A stretch of DNA of 63,715 nt, filler included, from Octopus bimaculoides (lineage: Eukaryota): NCBI RefSeq assembly GCF_001194135.2. It is 4 parts of 4 records of this genome, joined end to end, with 100 filler letters (N's around TTAATTAATTAA, not from the genome) between each part and the next. Parts side by side here need not be neighbours in the genome. Positions count along the whole stretch, not along the records: positions 21,773 to 51,410 come from NC_068983.1; 3 more parts are not named here. One strand, given 5' to 3'. This document shows positions 37,491-50,574 of this stretch, one piece after another. The translations under genes were made by a program, and so were the position numbers. A model generated the notes under the pieces. That model did no database searches. It worked only from the letters and a program-made list of their open reading frames with translations, and was not told the origin of the DNA. Position 1 is the first letter of the stretch, and every line of letters begins with the position of its first letter.

Positions 37491-37684
37491 CTGATTATTA
37501 TCATTATTATTATTAAGGTGGTGAGCTGGCAGAATTATTAGTTCAAATTTTGCTGTGGCTGATTTTTATCCTTTTGAGGTTGATAAAATAAGTATCAGTC
37601 AAGCACTGGGATTGATGTGATCAACTAACCTCCCTCCCCTAAAATTTCAGGCTTACGCCTTTAGTAGAAAGGATTATTATTATT

Positions 37685-38060
37685 CAGTAGTCTTATTTTA
37701 ATCATGTGCTTTCACAGCACTACTGAGTGCAGCTCTGTGTACCGAGGGTATATGCTGTGATTTGTTGTGATGCTCTTATTTTTACTGTATTGAAAGTGTT
37801 TCTGTATGTTATATATACTTGTAAGTCCTGGTGTTTTTGTTATGTATTTGTCTGAATGCTTTTTTTATCACACCTAATGCACCTACTATGATGAGAATTG
37901 TTTCTGTTTTTAAGCTCAACATTCGATCTATTTCCAGGTCTTTCTCCATTTCTTTTAGAGAAACATTGTCATCTGTTGGTATTGATACATCAATTAGAAA
38001 GCATTTTTTCTTGGTGATCTCTGACAATTAGCCTTAATTTCTCTATCTGTCTGTATTGGC
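37685..38060 (-). mobile_element. R4-like retrotransposon 3' end (restriction-like endonuclease remnant)
   Basis: SEITKKKCFLIDVSIPTDDNVSLKEMEKDLEI..IIVGALGVIKK, followed by a short 3'UTR and (AAT)n. Confidence 0.8.
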
Positions 38061-38904
38061 ATATCCCAGAGTATGGTTGCTTTCTCATTATTATTATTAC
38101 CGTTATTATTATTATCATCAAAATGGTGAGCTGATAGAATTGTTAGCATGCTGGACTAAATGCTTAGCAGCATTTTTCCCCATTTATGTTCTGAATTCAA
38201 ATTCTACCAGGGTCAACTTAACCTTTCCTCCTTTTGGGGTGCTAGCCCACTCGTCTGAAATTGCTGGCTTTGTGCCAAAGTTTGAAATCGTTATTATTAT
38301 TATGAATTGAGTTCAAATGCCACGGGTGTGAACTTTGCTTTTCATCCTTTTGGAGGGGCGATAAAATAAGCATCAATCGCACACTAGGGTTGATGTAACC
38401 CTCTAGCCTCCTCCCCTAAAACTGCTGGCCTTGTGCCTGAATTTGAAATCATTATTTCAATGAAGGTATGTCAGTATGTGTGTATGTGTCTTTGGATATG
38501 GTTGTGCCAGATTTTTGTTAATAACATCTGTTAATTCTCTGGAGTGGTATTAATTTTTAAAGGTGATATTAGGCAAAAGGCATTGAGAGGGAAGGATATT
38601 AACCAATTCTGCTGAAATACCAATATGTTTTAATGGTTGTGAAATTTATGCTGTTTGAAGCCAAATCTACTCATATTAAATATTGTTTTTTTTTTTTTTT
38701 GCCTTTTAATATATTTCTTGCAGTTTGTTCTGTTAAGAGTAATAATATTCACTTGATGAGCAGCCATATTTGATGACTGCTGGAAAAATAATCAATTCAT
38801 TTATTTACTGAAAGTGCTTAAGTGAAAAGAATAGTGATAATAATTGTATCCAATCCTGAAAGATTAATAAAGGCTGATACTTAACTAAAGATTTATTATA
38901 TTAA

Positions 38905-39126
38905 CCCTTTAGTATTTATACCGGTCATATCCGGTCCAAATACTCTACTTGTTTTATGTTCAAATTGGCCAGATCTGACCACTCACACAATACCCTGCAA
39001 TATCATTCTAAAGATAAACAGTCACACCACTGATATTTCAAAGCTACAAAATAAGGCGTTGTTTAATTCAAAACAACACGAATAAATAAGCATTACATTT
39101 GACAGAGTAATCTGAATGCTAAAGAG
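38905..39126. mobile_element. piggyBac-like MITE
   Basis: TTAA|CCCTTTAGTATT ... AATGCTAAAGAG|TTAA, with a TTAA duplication and 12-bp TIRs. Confidence 0.8.
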
Positions 39127-40239
39127 TTAAATTGACAAGAAATCTACCTGCTCATATAAGTATCTTATAACCCATTGTGTACTAAGGCCACTATAGAAGA
39201 CATTTTGCCATCTAGTGTATGAAGAAAAGTCAGTTTGGTGGAGCTTATTCCTCTCTACATAGAGAAATTGAACTCAAACCTTGCTTGAACACAAAACATT
39301 TTTGAATTTTACAGTGCTCCCACTGTTTACATCAGTGAACTGTACCACTGTTCCTTGTTTTACAGCTAAGATGACTAGGCTATTGAGAGTTAAATGACTT
39401 GGTCATGGACACCATACAGTCTTAGTAACAGGATATAAGCCAACTTTCTTTTAGCTGGTTGTCCAGTGTGTACCACATTGACAACATTCTTAGAACACCA
39501 CATCTCTACTTTTGACAGTTGGTAGACTTGTTCAAGTACTTGCTATATTTATCACAGATATTTATGTTCTGATTTTTAATACCACCAAAGTCAACTGAAC
39601 TGGTGTTTGATTTTATTGAACTTTCCAGGGTTGGTGAAATCAAGTGCTGTTCCAGAATGGTGGATTAGTAGAATTGATAAAAGAACTGGACAAAAGGCTT
39701 TGCAGTATTGTTCTGGATATTAATACCCAGTCAGGCGAACCTGTCTGGATCAAGCTAATAAGACAGTGTCTTGTAACAAAGGAGAGAAAAAAAAAGCAAG
39801 GGCAATTACTTAGGTATTCTTCTACAAAAATTTCATGGTAAATGTTTGCATTTGATAATGAAGTCCTAAGAGAACATTTGTTAATCTGTTGATGCAAAGA
39901 ATGAAGATGATTTGAAGTATGTGAAAGTGGAAATTCAGTTAAAATATGTTGCATAAATTCTTAGAAAAGGAAGTTCCATTGATCAAAGTTAGCCATATAT
40001 TGGCACATGTGTGCACAGATTTGGGCAAGATTTTTTGAAGAAAACCAGCAGTTGTCCATGCATAGAAGTCTTCTTTCTTCTCTCCATGATACCAGTGTTT
40101 ATCCAAAAGAAACGCCACCATCTTGGGTTAATACAGCTTGACATCTGTGTCATCACAGGTGTTGTTAGAATATATATAGTCAGAAAAGATACTGCAACGC
40201 ATCTTTACCTGTTGCTTTAACAGTTCTGAAAATCCACCA

Positions 40240-40610
40240 CCGCCGCCGCTGCCGCCACCGCCACCGCCACCGCCGCCGCAGCCGCTGCCNNNNNNNNNNN
40301 NNNNNNNNNNNNNNNNNNNNNNNNNNNNNNNNNNNNNNNNNNNNNNNNNNNNNNNNNNNNNNNNNNNNNNNNNNNNNNNNNNNNNNNNNNNNNNNNNNNN
40401 NNNNNNNNNNNNNNNNNNNNNNNNNNNNNNNNNNNNNNNNNNNNNNNNNNNNNNNNNNNNNNNNNNNNNNNNNNNNNNNNNNNNNNNNNNNNNNNNNNNN
40501 NNNNNGCTGCCGCCGTTTCCGCTGCTACTGCCGTCGCCTCCGCCGACGCCGCCACTGCTGCCGCTGCCACCTCCACCTCCACCACCACCGCCACCGTCAG
40601 GTAGTGACCG

Positions 40611-40651
<41 letters not shown>

Positions 40652-40680
40652 GTAATAGTAATGATAATAACAACAACAAC
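40240..40680. repeat. Compound (CCG/CCA/GCT)n and (AAT)n microsatellite with gap
   Basis: Simple trinucleotide runs. Confidence 0.9.
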
Positions 40681-40728
40681 ATCGAAAAATACCTTAGGAA
40701 TGAGAACCCACGTTCAAAATTTCCCCAA

Positions 40729-40774
40729 GACACCTGATGAAGGCTGGAGGGTATATCAGCCAAAACGTTGTGTT
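40729..40774 (+). ncRNA. Minimal type I hammerhead ribozyme-like motif in a Penelope-like repeat (G12 mutated to A)
   Basis: GACAC-CTGATGA-A-GGCTG(gagggtatat)CAGCC-[A]AA-ACGT-T-GTGTT. Confidence 0.6.
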
Positions 40775-40899
40775 AACAACAAACAAGATGAGGACAAATA
40801 TTCGTCAAATGTAAATAACATAAATAATCTACATAATTCCTCATCTCTTAAGTATAGAGCTGAAAAATAAAGGTATTTAAAAAAAAAATCAAAAAACAT

Positions 40900-41360
40900 C
40901 AACAAGATTATGCTGTGTCCCACACATAATAATCTACGTGGTTACAAGAGGGAAAATTAGGAGGCCAGAAATTGAGGCTGGTGAACCATTGAAGGTATGG
41001 CAAGGAACCAGTTCCTACTGCCATACATATAGCCTTCCAGTAGCAACCCTCTCCAGCCAGAATTTGACCACAGTCTCCAGAAGCTTCACATACTTATCAG
41101 AATTGAACCTAAGGTGCTGTTCATAGATGTAGGAATAAACTCTGGTATGTAGACACAATTAGAACTTACTGTTGCCTTGGCTTCATAGTCTCTGTTGTAG
41201 CTGTCCATGTCATGTCTTACAGCCTTTACAGTGTTCACAGAGCATTGAGCAGAAGTCATGATGTTGACATTTTCATACCTGGCACAAATCGTCATAACAC
41301 AGAAAACTCTTTCCCAATATTCAGATAGCTTCAAGCCTTCCATGTCAGTTAACATTTTTT
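40900..41360 (-). pseudogene. Internally deleted mariner (maT/DD37D-like) transposase relic
   Basis: YVKLLETVVKFWLERVATGRLYVWQ*ELVPCHT and FWPPNFPSCNHVDYYVW, preceded by an N-terminal NTVKAVR..YEAKA..PEF segment. Confidence 0.75.
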
Positions 41361-41399
41361 CTCAAGTAAAACTTTAATCTTTATGCTCTCCACTGCCAT

Positions 41400-41930
41400 T
41401 AGGTAAAGTTACCTTCATGAGTCTTGCCAGCTTATAAGGGCTGGCTTCTCAGTTTCCTTGGCATATAAGTCCCCCACCTGAACAACACACCAGTCTTTCA
41501 CAGGATTACAGCTGAGTGGACTGGAGCAACATGAAATGAAGTTAAAGAAGTGATTTTAAATTCTCAATCGCAGAATAATGCTAATAATATAGCCTGAACA
41601 GGATAAACTACCCCTATTTTGCAAAGAAAAGTGTAGGTGGCTAGCTTTTTCTCTGCAAAATAGGGGTAATTTATCCTGTTCAGGCTATATTATTAGCATT
41701 ATTCTGCGATTGAGAATTTAAAATCACTTCTTTAACTATCTAAGACATCTCAATGCTTCTAAAAAGCAAACTTCGTTTGTTTATTTACGTTTGTCGTAAT
41801 TTGAATTTAACATATGAAATGAAGTGTTTTGCTCAAGAACACAACACGTCACTTGGTCCAGGAATCAAAACCACAATCTTACAATCATGAGTCCAACACC
41901 CTCTAACCACTAAGCCACACAATTCCACAT
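41400..41930 (-). mobile_element. SINE interrupted by a palindromic insertion
   Basis: The SINE motif CTGGAGCAACATGAAATGAAG|TGTTTTGCTCAAGAACACAAC is split by an insert of about 270 bp. Confidence 0.7.
41542..41735. repeat. 194-bp near-perfect palindrome (about 90-bp arms)
   Basis: 41542-41631 versus 41645-41735: the first 66 bp are identical, with 2 substitutions and 1 indel further in. Both ends are TTAA. Confidence 0.95.
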
Positions 41931-42163
41931 CTCCAATGCCATTGACTGTTCACCAATAAATGAAGCTGTTCCTGAAAAAAGGAGACATGAAATATCATCA
42001 ACTTTAGCCCAAACATCCTGTAGAGTAGTAGTTACACCAATAAGTTACTGTAAAATTACTAACTGAAGAGAGTTTGTAATATGTAACATGCTAGTTCATC
42101 CCCTCCACCACCACCACCACCACCACCACAATCTCCACAACCACCACTACCATCACCACCATC

Positions 42164-42201
<38 letters not shown>

Positions 42202-42535
42202 CAACAACAACGCGAACAGCTATAGCAGCAGCTGCCAACAAAGTGTAGGTAGTATCTGTAAAACAGTTTCTTTTTCTTTTATTTATAACTAAAGTTGTAT
42301 TAAGACACACATATGCCATGAGAGCAAGTGACACATAGCCTCAGCACATAATGACATTCAATGGTTATTAATAAAAAGGATTGTCATAGTCATGGTTGCT
42401 TGGAGTGACTCTCACTAAGCATCTATTTCTGTAAGAGCACCCATCACACACACACACACTGTTACAAGCATTTATACATGTATCTGTATATTTCCATGTG
42501 GATGTGTGTAAATGTTCATGTATATATATGTGTGC

Positions 42536-42578
<43 letters not shown>

Positions 42579-42764
42579 TACATACATGTGTATTTGTATT
42601 TATCTATCTCTGCATATATATATATACACACACACATACATTTACAATTGTTATATAAATATATATCCTTATATGTGTGTGCATATGTATGTATACGTGT
42701 AAATACATGTATGCATATATATAGATACATATTTATGTATATCCATATATGTGTATATGTATGG

Positions 42765-42809
<45 letters not shown>

Positions 42810-43169
42810 TATATGTAGTTAATGGTAAGGAATGGCAGACAGATATTCAATACCACAGGAGGAGAACATAAATAATTTATTTGATTTGGTCAGCTGGAAT
42901 TCTGAGATTCATCAGATGTGGTTATTTATGTCACTTCTCAGTCTTCAGCCAACAGGTTGAAAGGCTGAGGATTCAGACATAAAGACAGATGTAAATACTT
43001 TTTCTTTATATACAATATCTTCAAGATGTTTACATCTGCCTGTTACATACAGTGTTGGCTAAAATCTATAGGTATATTTTAAAGTACACTGTTCATGTGC
43101 AAGTAATTTTGTAATTGAACTAATTAACCAATTAGGTCTTAAAATATGCAAATCAGTCTATCAGATTTT

Positions 43170-43500
43170 ACTAAGTCTTCGGTGGCACTCTGTTGGTTAT
43201 GATGACGAGGGTTCCAGTTGATCCAATCAATGGAACAAGATGCATATGAAATAAACATGCAAGTGGCTGAGCACTCCACAGACATGTGTACCCTTAATGC
43301 AGTTTTCAGGGAGATTCAGCACGACACAAAATATAAAAGCCATTCCTTTAAAATACAGACACTCTTCACTTTTGCTAGCGGGAGCAACATGAAATAAAGA
43401 GTATTTCTCAAGGACAATGCAATGCTGGGAATCAAACTGACGACCTTACATTCATGATCCAGATACTCTAACCACTAGGCTATGCACCTTCACAAGTCCT
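43170..43500 (-). mobile_element. SINE of the 62100 family (decayed)
   Basis: GAGGGTTCCAGTTGATCC..GCAAGTGGCTGAGCACTCCACAGACATGTGTACCCTTAA is the reverse complement of 62330-62430. Confidence 0.75.
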
Positions 43501-43664
43501 TGGTAATATTGGGCTTATTATCAGTGTCATAGTAGGCATTTGAAGAAGTTGCTCATCACTGATGAAATCCATTACAGGATTGAAACTAGCTTGGCTAAAT
43601 CTTCATTTTCTCTCTAAAAAATATTTTATATAAAGCTAAGGTAACTACATCTTATTACACACAA

Positions 43665-43860
43665 TGCTGACTGTTTGCTTTCCAACCATATGGTTTCAGA
43701 TTCAGTATCACTGCATGGCACCTTGAGAAAGTTCCTTCTACTATGGCCTCAGACAGATCAAAGCTTTGCGAGTGGATTTGGTAGACAGAAATTGAAAGAA
43801 GCTTGTCATATATGTGCATATATGGGTGTGTGTATCTGTGTTTCTGTCTCCTTATGGCTC
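43665..43860 (+). mobile_element. tRNA-headed SINE 5' part
   Basis: GCTTTCCAACCATATGG..GCATGGCACCTTGAG..GGATTTGGTAGACAGAAATTGAAAGAAGC. Confidence 0.7.
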
Positions 43861-44299
43861 CAATGCATTAAGGTGGGAAGCTGGCAGAAATGTTAGCACA
43901 CCCAGCAAAATGCTTAGCAGTGTTTCTTCCCTCGTTACATTCTGAGTTCAAATTCTGTCAAGACTGACTTAACCTTTCATCCTCTCAGGATTGATAAAAT
44001 AAGTTCCAATTGTGTACGGGGGGAGGGGGGAGGGGTCAATGTAATCAGCTTAGCCTGTCTTCAGAAATTGCTGGCCTTGTTCCAAAATGTGAAACCAATA
44101 TTAATTCATGTATTAAGGCAACAAGCTGGCAGAATCATTAGCATTCTGGAACGTTAACAAAAGGCAAGACTTCACGCAAGTTACAATATGGCATTGTGTT
44201 TGTTATCTACATTCCCTGTGATGAAGTTTCATATCTTTGTTTAGAAACCAGTTCTTTCCTGACAGGAAAAACTTCAAATAATTAAAAACAGAAGAAAAC

Positions 44300-45109
44300 A
44301 TACATAGATACATTGATGTATACATACATACATACATACATACATACATACTTACATACACACATATACATACGCACACATACATACACACATACATACA
44401 TACATACATACTTACATACACACGCATACATATGTACACACATACATACACACATACATGCATACATATGTACATATATATACACATATATACACACGTA
44501 CATACATATATACATACATATATACATACACACACATACATAGACACATAGATACATACATGCACATAATACACACATACACACACGTAATACATACATA
44601 CATGCACACACACATACACACACACATACACACACATATATATAGATACNNNNNNNNNNNNNNNNNNNNNNNNNNNNNNNNNNNNNNNNNNNNNNNNNNN
44701 NNNNNNNNNNNNNNNNNNNNNNNNNNNNNNNNNNNNNNNNNNNNNNNNNNNNNNNNNNNNNNNNNNNNNNNNNNNNNNNNNNNNNNNNNNNNNNNNNNNN
44801 NNNNNNNNNNNNNNNNNNNNNNNNNNNNNNNNNNNNNNNNNNNNNNNNNNNNNNNNNNNNNNNNNNNNNNNNNNNNNNNNNNNNNNNNNNNNNNNNNNNN
44901 NNNNNNNNNNNNNNNNNNNNNNNNNNNNNNNNNNNNNNNNNNNNNNNNNNNNNNNNNNNNNNNNNNNNNNNNNNNNNNNNNNNNNNNNNNNNNNNNNNNN
45001 NNNNNNNNNNNNNNNNNNNNNNNNNNNNNNNNNNNNNNNNNNNNNNNNNNNNNNNNNNNNNNNNNNNNNNNNNNNNNNNNNNNNNNNNNNNNNNNNNNNN
45101 NATATATAT

Positions 45110-45154
<45 letters not shown>

Positions 45155-45160
45155 TATATT
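44300..45160. repeat. (TACA/CA/TA)n microsatellite mosaic with gap
   Basis: Simple-sequence runs flank the N stretch. Confidence 0.9.
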
Positions 45161-45851
45161 ATGTATATTTGTGTATTTTTGTAACAAACTGAAAGACTGA
45201 GTTTCAACACCAGATGGGTGGATAAATAGTTCTTTTACTGATTATTGCAACCTCTATTTTGTATATGATAACTTCCTTGAAGATACAAAATAATTTTGGG
45301 TTTTGTTCATGTTTCCTAGCCATCTCTATTCATTTTCCATGATTCTGTACTTGATATTCTTGTAATCCTACAATGGATAATTTGTAATAATTTTCCAGTT
45401 GAAGGCAACAAGCTGGCTAGCCCACTGGGCAAAATGCTTAACAGTATTTTGTCCATCTTTAAGCTCGGAGTTCAAATTCCAACAAGGTTGAATTTGCCTT
45501 TCATCCTTTCAGGGTTGATAACGTAAGTACCAGTTGAATACTAGGGTTAATATAATCAACTTACACCTTCCCCAAAACATTTTGGCCTTGTGCCAAAATT
45601 TGAAATCAATAGTTTTCCAATTGTGTTACCTCCTGCCACCTTGTATTCATGGTATATGTAATTTTTCAAAGTCAGATCTTTGGTGCTGTATTCTAAATGT
45701 GATCATTTTTACCTCCACCTTATTACAAAGAATAAGTACTGGTGTTGATTTGTTTGACTAAAGGTAGTGTTCCAGCAAATGACTGAAACAAGTAAAAGAA
45801 AAGAAAATTCAAATAAGATGGATTACACTCATGATGTTTGGTCTTCTAGAC

Positions 45852-46148
45852 CAGAGGTTTTCAATCTTTTTGACTTGCGGACCCCTTTATATTTCAGGCT
45901 TTACCTTAGGGACCCCCTTATAAACGCTCATGAAATTTATACATAAATATTTGCTTAAAATAACATATATTTTTACATTTATTTATTTAACCGTATTTAA
46001 CAAATAGGTTTATTGTCAATTAAAAAATTTCGATTAAAAAACATATATAAAATCAAATTGCCCATAAAAAGTGTTTGCTGTCCACGGACCCCCTGTCTTG
46101 TCCTTGCGGACCCCCTGTGGTCCGTGGACCACAGTTTGAAAACCCCTG
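45852..46148. mobile_element. hAT-type MITE
   Basis: TIRs CAGAGGTTTTCAA and TTGAAAACCCCTG, 8-bp TSD TTCTAGAC/TTCTTGAC, and repeated CGGACCCC motifs. Confidence 0.88.
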
Positions 46149-46299
46149 TTCTTGACTTGTAAGATAGATGTGCATATAGTTTTGCTTAATGTAGTAGCTA
46201 GTCTTCCTTTCTAAAAACATAACGACAGTGTGGTTTGATACATAAATTTGAGAATTATGCCTTAAAAAACCTTAAAAGGGCAGTGTCCTAAAATGACAA

Positions 46300-46471
46300 T
46301 TGAAATAATTAAATCACATGATGATAGTAGTAATGATAGGGATAGAGGAAGAAGAGGAGGATGACGACGACAATGATGACAACGACAATGATGATGTCAA
46401 TGATAAAATTATGATAAAGATTGTGATGATAATGTTGTTACTGATGGTGGGTTGTGGGTAACGATGACGAC

Positions 46472-46525
<54 letters not shown>

Positions 46526-47134
46526 AACAAGGATGATGTTAATAATGGCATTATAACACAGCTGATGACGATGACAACAACAGCAGTAATGAAAAGTATG
46601 ATGATGATAAAGTCATGCAAAAGAGCTGATTAACAATGATGAAGTGAATGTGTTATAACAGATGTGCTTAAATCAAATTTTCCTTTAAGCTGAAGAGTTA
46701 GGAATTCATATTCTGACACAGATGCTAAGAAATTCTTCTGGAAATATATAGAACCATATTTTCCCAGCTTACCTGGCAGCAGCTGAATGAGTAAGATAAA
46801 GACAAAGAAAGGAAAAAAGTTAAAGGAGTGAGAAAATGAGTAGGTGATGAAGTGCTAAACTAATGAGTGTTTCAGTAGTCCATAATGCCAATATCAAATA
46901 ATATTGTATAAGAAAAATAGAGGTATGAAAAAATGATGATGATGACGATGATGACGACAGCAATGACGACAATGACGATGACGACGGTGATGACATGGTC
47001 ATAATGATTATAATGGTAATGACGATGATGCCAATGATAAAGCTGCTGCCAGTGATTTTGTTGATGTTGATGATAAAAACAACAATGATGTCGATGATGA
47101 AACCGCTGCTGGTGATAGTGATGAAGTTGATGAA

Positions 47135-47182
<48 letters not shown>

Positions 47183-47205
47183 ATTGATGATGGTGATGAT
47201 GATGT
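46300..47205. repeat. (GAT/GAC)n microsatellite fields (about 46300-46620 and 46930-47205)
   Basis: Degenerate trinucleotide arrays. Confidence 0.9.
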
Positions 47206-47546
47206 GAAACTTAGAACTATGAGGAAAATGAAGATTAAAACTCAGAATTTTTTTTTTTTTTTTTCATATTTATATCAATGTGGCTGCTGGAGCTGTTTGT
47301 TACTTCTGATGATGATGATAATGATGATGATATTGATGATGGTGATGATGATGATGAGGAGGATGATGATATTGATGATGTTGTTAATGGTTATCACAGC
47401 ATTATTGTCACTGTTATGAATAGTATCATTATCATCATCATCAGAAGTAACAAACAGCTCCAGCAGCCACATTGATATAAATATGAAAAAAAAAAAAAAA
47501 ATTCTGAGTTTTAATCTTCATTTTCCTCATAGTTCTAAGTTTCACA
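47203..47546. repeat. Inverted duplication with 123/122-bp arms
   Basis: 47203-47325 is the reverse complement of 47425-47546 except for one base in the T17/A16 run. Confidence 0.95.
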
Positions 47547-48204
47547 GATGGAATGGGGTTGAATAATGAGGTTAAAAATAAGAGAGCTAATGAACACCTA
47601 TTCAAATATCAAATGTTTTTACTTTAGCAAATCTTTAAATGAAATAGTAATTCTTTCGTGCGTTGAGCTAACAGTCCTTATATGCCAATTAACTACAGAT
47701 CATCTCATCACCTATATTTCTTATGATTAGATAGATGTACATTTTTCATTTCATATAGTTAAATGCTTCTTAAAAACGTATCAAATATATGCTTTATTAA
47801 TGATTGAATTATGCCAACTTAATGCATAGAAATCAAAATTTTCAAAATGTTACAAAGTAAAATATATGCAAATAATTTTTGATTAATTTTTCCCATCCAC
47901 AAATATTAAAAACACATTTGTTCATGATAAACTGATGTGGCTTTAATCTTCTTCTTTCATCGAACCAAGAGGCTTGCATCTAGTCTCACCAGTAATACCT
48001 TGATTTGGTGCCTAGAGGACAGATACAAGTTTTTTGTTTTTTTTTTCCATTAGATATCATGAATTTGCACATGCAAACAAATAGGAAATTTAAAGATATA
48101 TAAATCTTTTGTAGATTGATTTCTCTAATAAGAATCAGGTAAACGTAATGTATTGTCTGGGAGGAAATGATTCTCTCATTCACTCAGTATAACCAAACAT
48201 GGCT

Positions 48205-48407
48205 ACATCTTTGCTACCAACCTGCCTAAGATTGCCCCTGGTCCTACGATACAAACTTCCTGTTTTAAAGTCATCGTGATTAAAACCTTCCATTAAAATT
48301 TCATGTTAATTTATGTTCTGAACATTAGCTTTATAGTGACAAGGTCATAATCCTTCATAATTTTCAAAGACTGTATTTCAATAGAAATATGGTAACAAAA
48401 GGGTTAT
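48205..48407. mobile_element. Decayed piggyBac-like MITE
   Basis: Right end GGTAACAAAAGGGTTA. The interior resembles 13859-14010. Confidence 0.5.
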
Positions 48408-50525
48408 ATTTACTTTGTATTCATACCTTCTATCCTACTGTCATCCCAATATATTAATTAAAGTAATAATTGGTTGAGTTATTAATATGTTGGGTAGAAT
48501 ATCTTGCAGTATTTGTTCTGATTCACTGTGCTCTGAGTCAAAAACTTAGGTCAGCTACCTTCCATTGTTTCAGATTTGTTAAAGAAAATGTACCAATCTT
48601 GGGTACTAGATTGGCAAAACAAGAATGTCAGATTTGATGCCTTGTGATATTTATTCTGGCTCTTTTTGTTCTGAATTCAAATTCCGCCATAGTTCAAATC
48701 ACACCATTGTTCACTTAAGTGGTAAGCTTAATCTGTTTCCTGGTTTAACACCATCATCTAATATCTTGAGTACTTTTAGTAGAGCTCACTTTGTTGAAAA
48801 TATTTCAGCATGGACTTCAATTCAAAGATCCCTTCTCTCTCCTTCTGATCAGTCTCAAAGGCCTTGTAAAGTGTCATAGGTATTGTCTTCTCTCCTGTCT
48901 ACAACTAAAAGATGAAAAAAAAAACAAAACAAAAGCACTTTTTAGATTCTGTACAAGACTCTTTAACCAGTTATCCTTTCTCAGAACTGTATTCTGATAG
49001 AACAATATTCCTCTGTATGTTTTTCTTTAATCACATATTGCAATAATCTGAATGAAACATCATTTGCACTGCTCCCTTCCATTTACCCTTATTCTCAAGT
49101 CTAAAAACAACCTGACATGCTTATGGACACTGTTCTTCCTCTTTAGACCAGTGCATAATAAAAAAAATGTAATAAAAAGTAGATTAATTCCTTGCAAAGA
49201 AGGAGACATAAGCTGCTCTGTATAGATTTTTGGATCAGTCTGTATTTTGCAAGCTATAGCAAATGTCCGTTGCATAGTTGTCATTCTAATTTGTTAATAA
49301 CTACAGAATAACCATTATTGTACACTATTAACATTGTTAGTGTTGGTATTTTCTTTCTGTAGCATGACTGCACTTTGGTATGAATACAAGACTACATTGT
49401 TAACCTTTGCAAATTGTTAATGTTAATATCTTTATTGGACCAGAGTCTTCCTATCAGCAACATTGTACTTAAAAGTCAACCAAATCACTTATAGATGATT
49501 TATACATGCAGCCAGCCATCAAAGCCAGTATAATATTCTTCATCCTATACTGGCTTATGTGGCACACAATCAATCAAGCTGCTTCTCTTTCTAGCTCCTA
49601 TCCCACCCCACCAACAGATAGAAGCTATTATATTGGGAACAGAAGAGCTTTCCTGAGTATAAGGAGATAAAATGCATGGTGACAGGGAAAGCAGATAGAA
49701 ATAAATTGATAGAAAGATTATAGGGAGCAAAAGAGAGGAAAATGGAAGGGAAGGAAAGCGGGGAAAAAAAGCAATAAAGAAATAAAGGGGTTAATGTTAC
49801 GAAAGTTATTGGTTTTTGTAGGCTGAAATAGAGCAATCCTCTTGGCCATGAAAGAAAGTTTGAAAATCTCTATAATCTTGTAGATTAGGTCAGGAATTGA
49901 TCCTTATAAGATGTAATTTTCCTCTCATTACAATCAACGGTCAATCTCCAATTTCAGAATTTTCTTTTGAAAAGCATTTCTGTGACTAAAGTGCTTAATG
50001 ACCCAATCATTTAATATTCCTCTGCACTTCTGAATTGCAAGTAAATAATGGTTCACAACTAATTACACTTTCTTCTTTTGTTCAATGGCTTTCAAATTCT
50101 ACAACATTGATCAGATTGAAATCAGTTTCATACTTGATCATAAAATTCCTACATGACTGAAAGAAAACAGTCCTGTCTCAATAAAAAATGTTTCCAACAG
50201 CATGATTTGCTAAATTCTGTTAATTTGGTGTTTGACATACATGTATTTGATTAACATCAGAGAAGAAGTTTTGATAACATTTTCATCTATCAGGAAATAT
50301 CACATATATNNNNNNNNNNNNNNNNNNNNNNNNNNNNNNNNNNNNNNNNNNNNNNNNNNNNNNNNNNNNNNNNNNNNNNNNNNNNNNNNNNNNNNNNNNN
50401 NNNNNNNNNNNNNNNNNNNNNNNNNNNNNNNNNNNNNNNNNNNNNNNNNNNNNNNNNNNNNNNNNNNNNNNNNNNNNNNNNNNNNNNNNNNNNNNNNNNN
50501 NNNNNNNNNNNNNNNNNNNNNNNNN

Positions 50526-50565
<40 letters not shown>

Positions 50566-50574
50566 ACCTGAACC

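Noticed and set aside
39629-39841. + strand acceptor and ORFs in a non-repetitive block
   Set aside because: The frame open from the acceptor stops after about 30 codons, and the longer ORF lacks a matching splice phase or recognisable motif.
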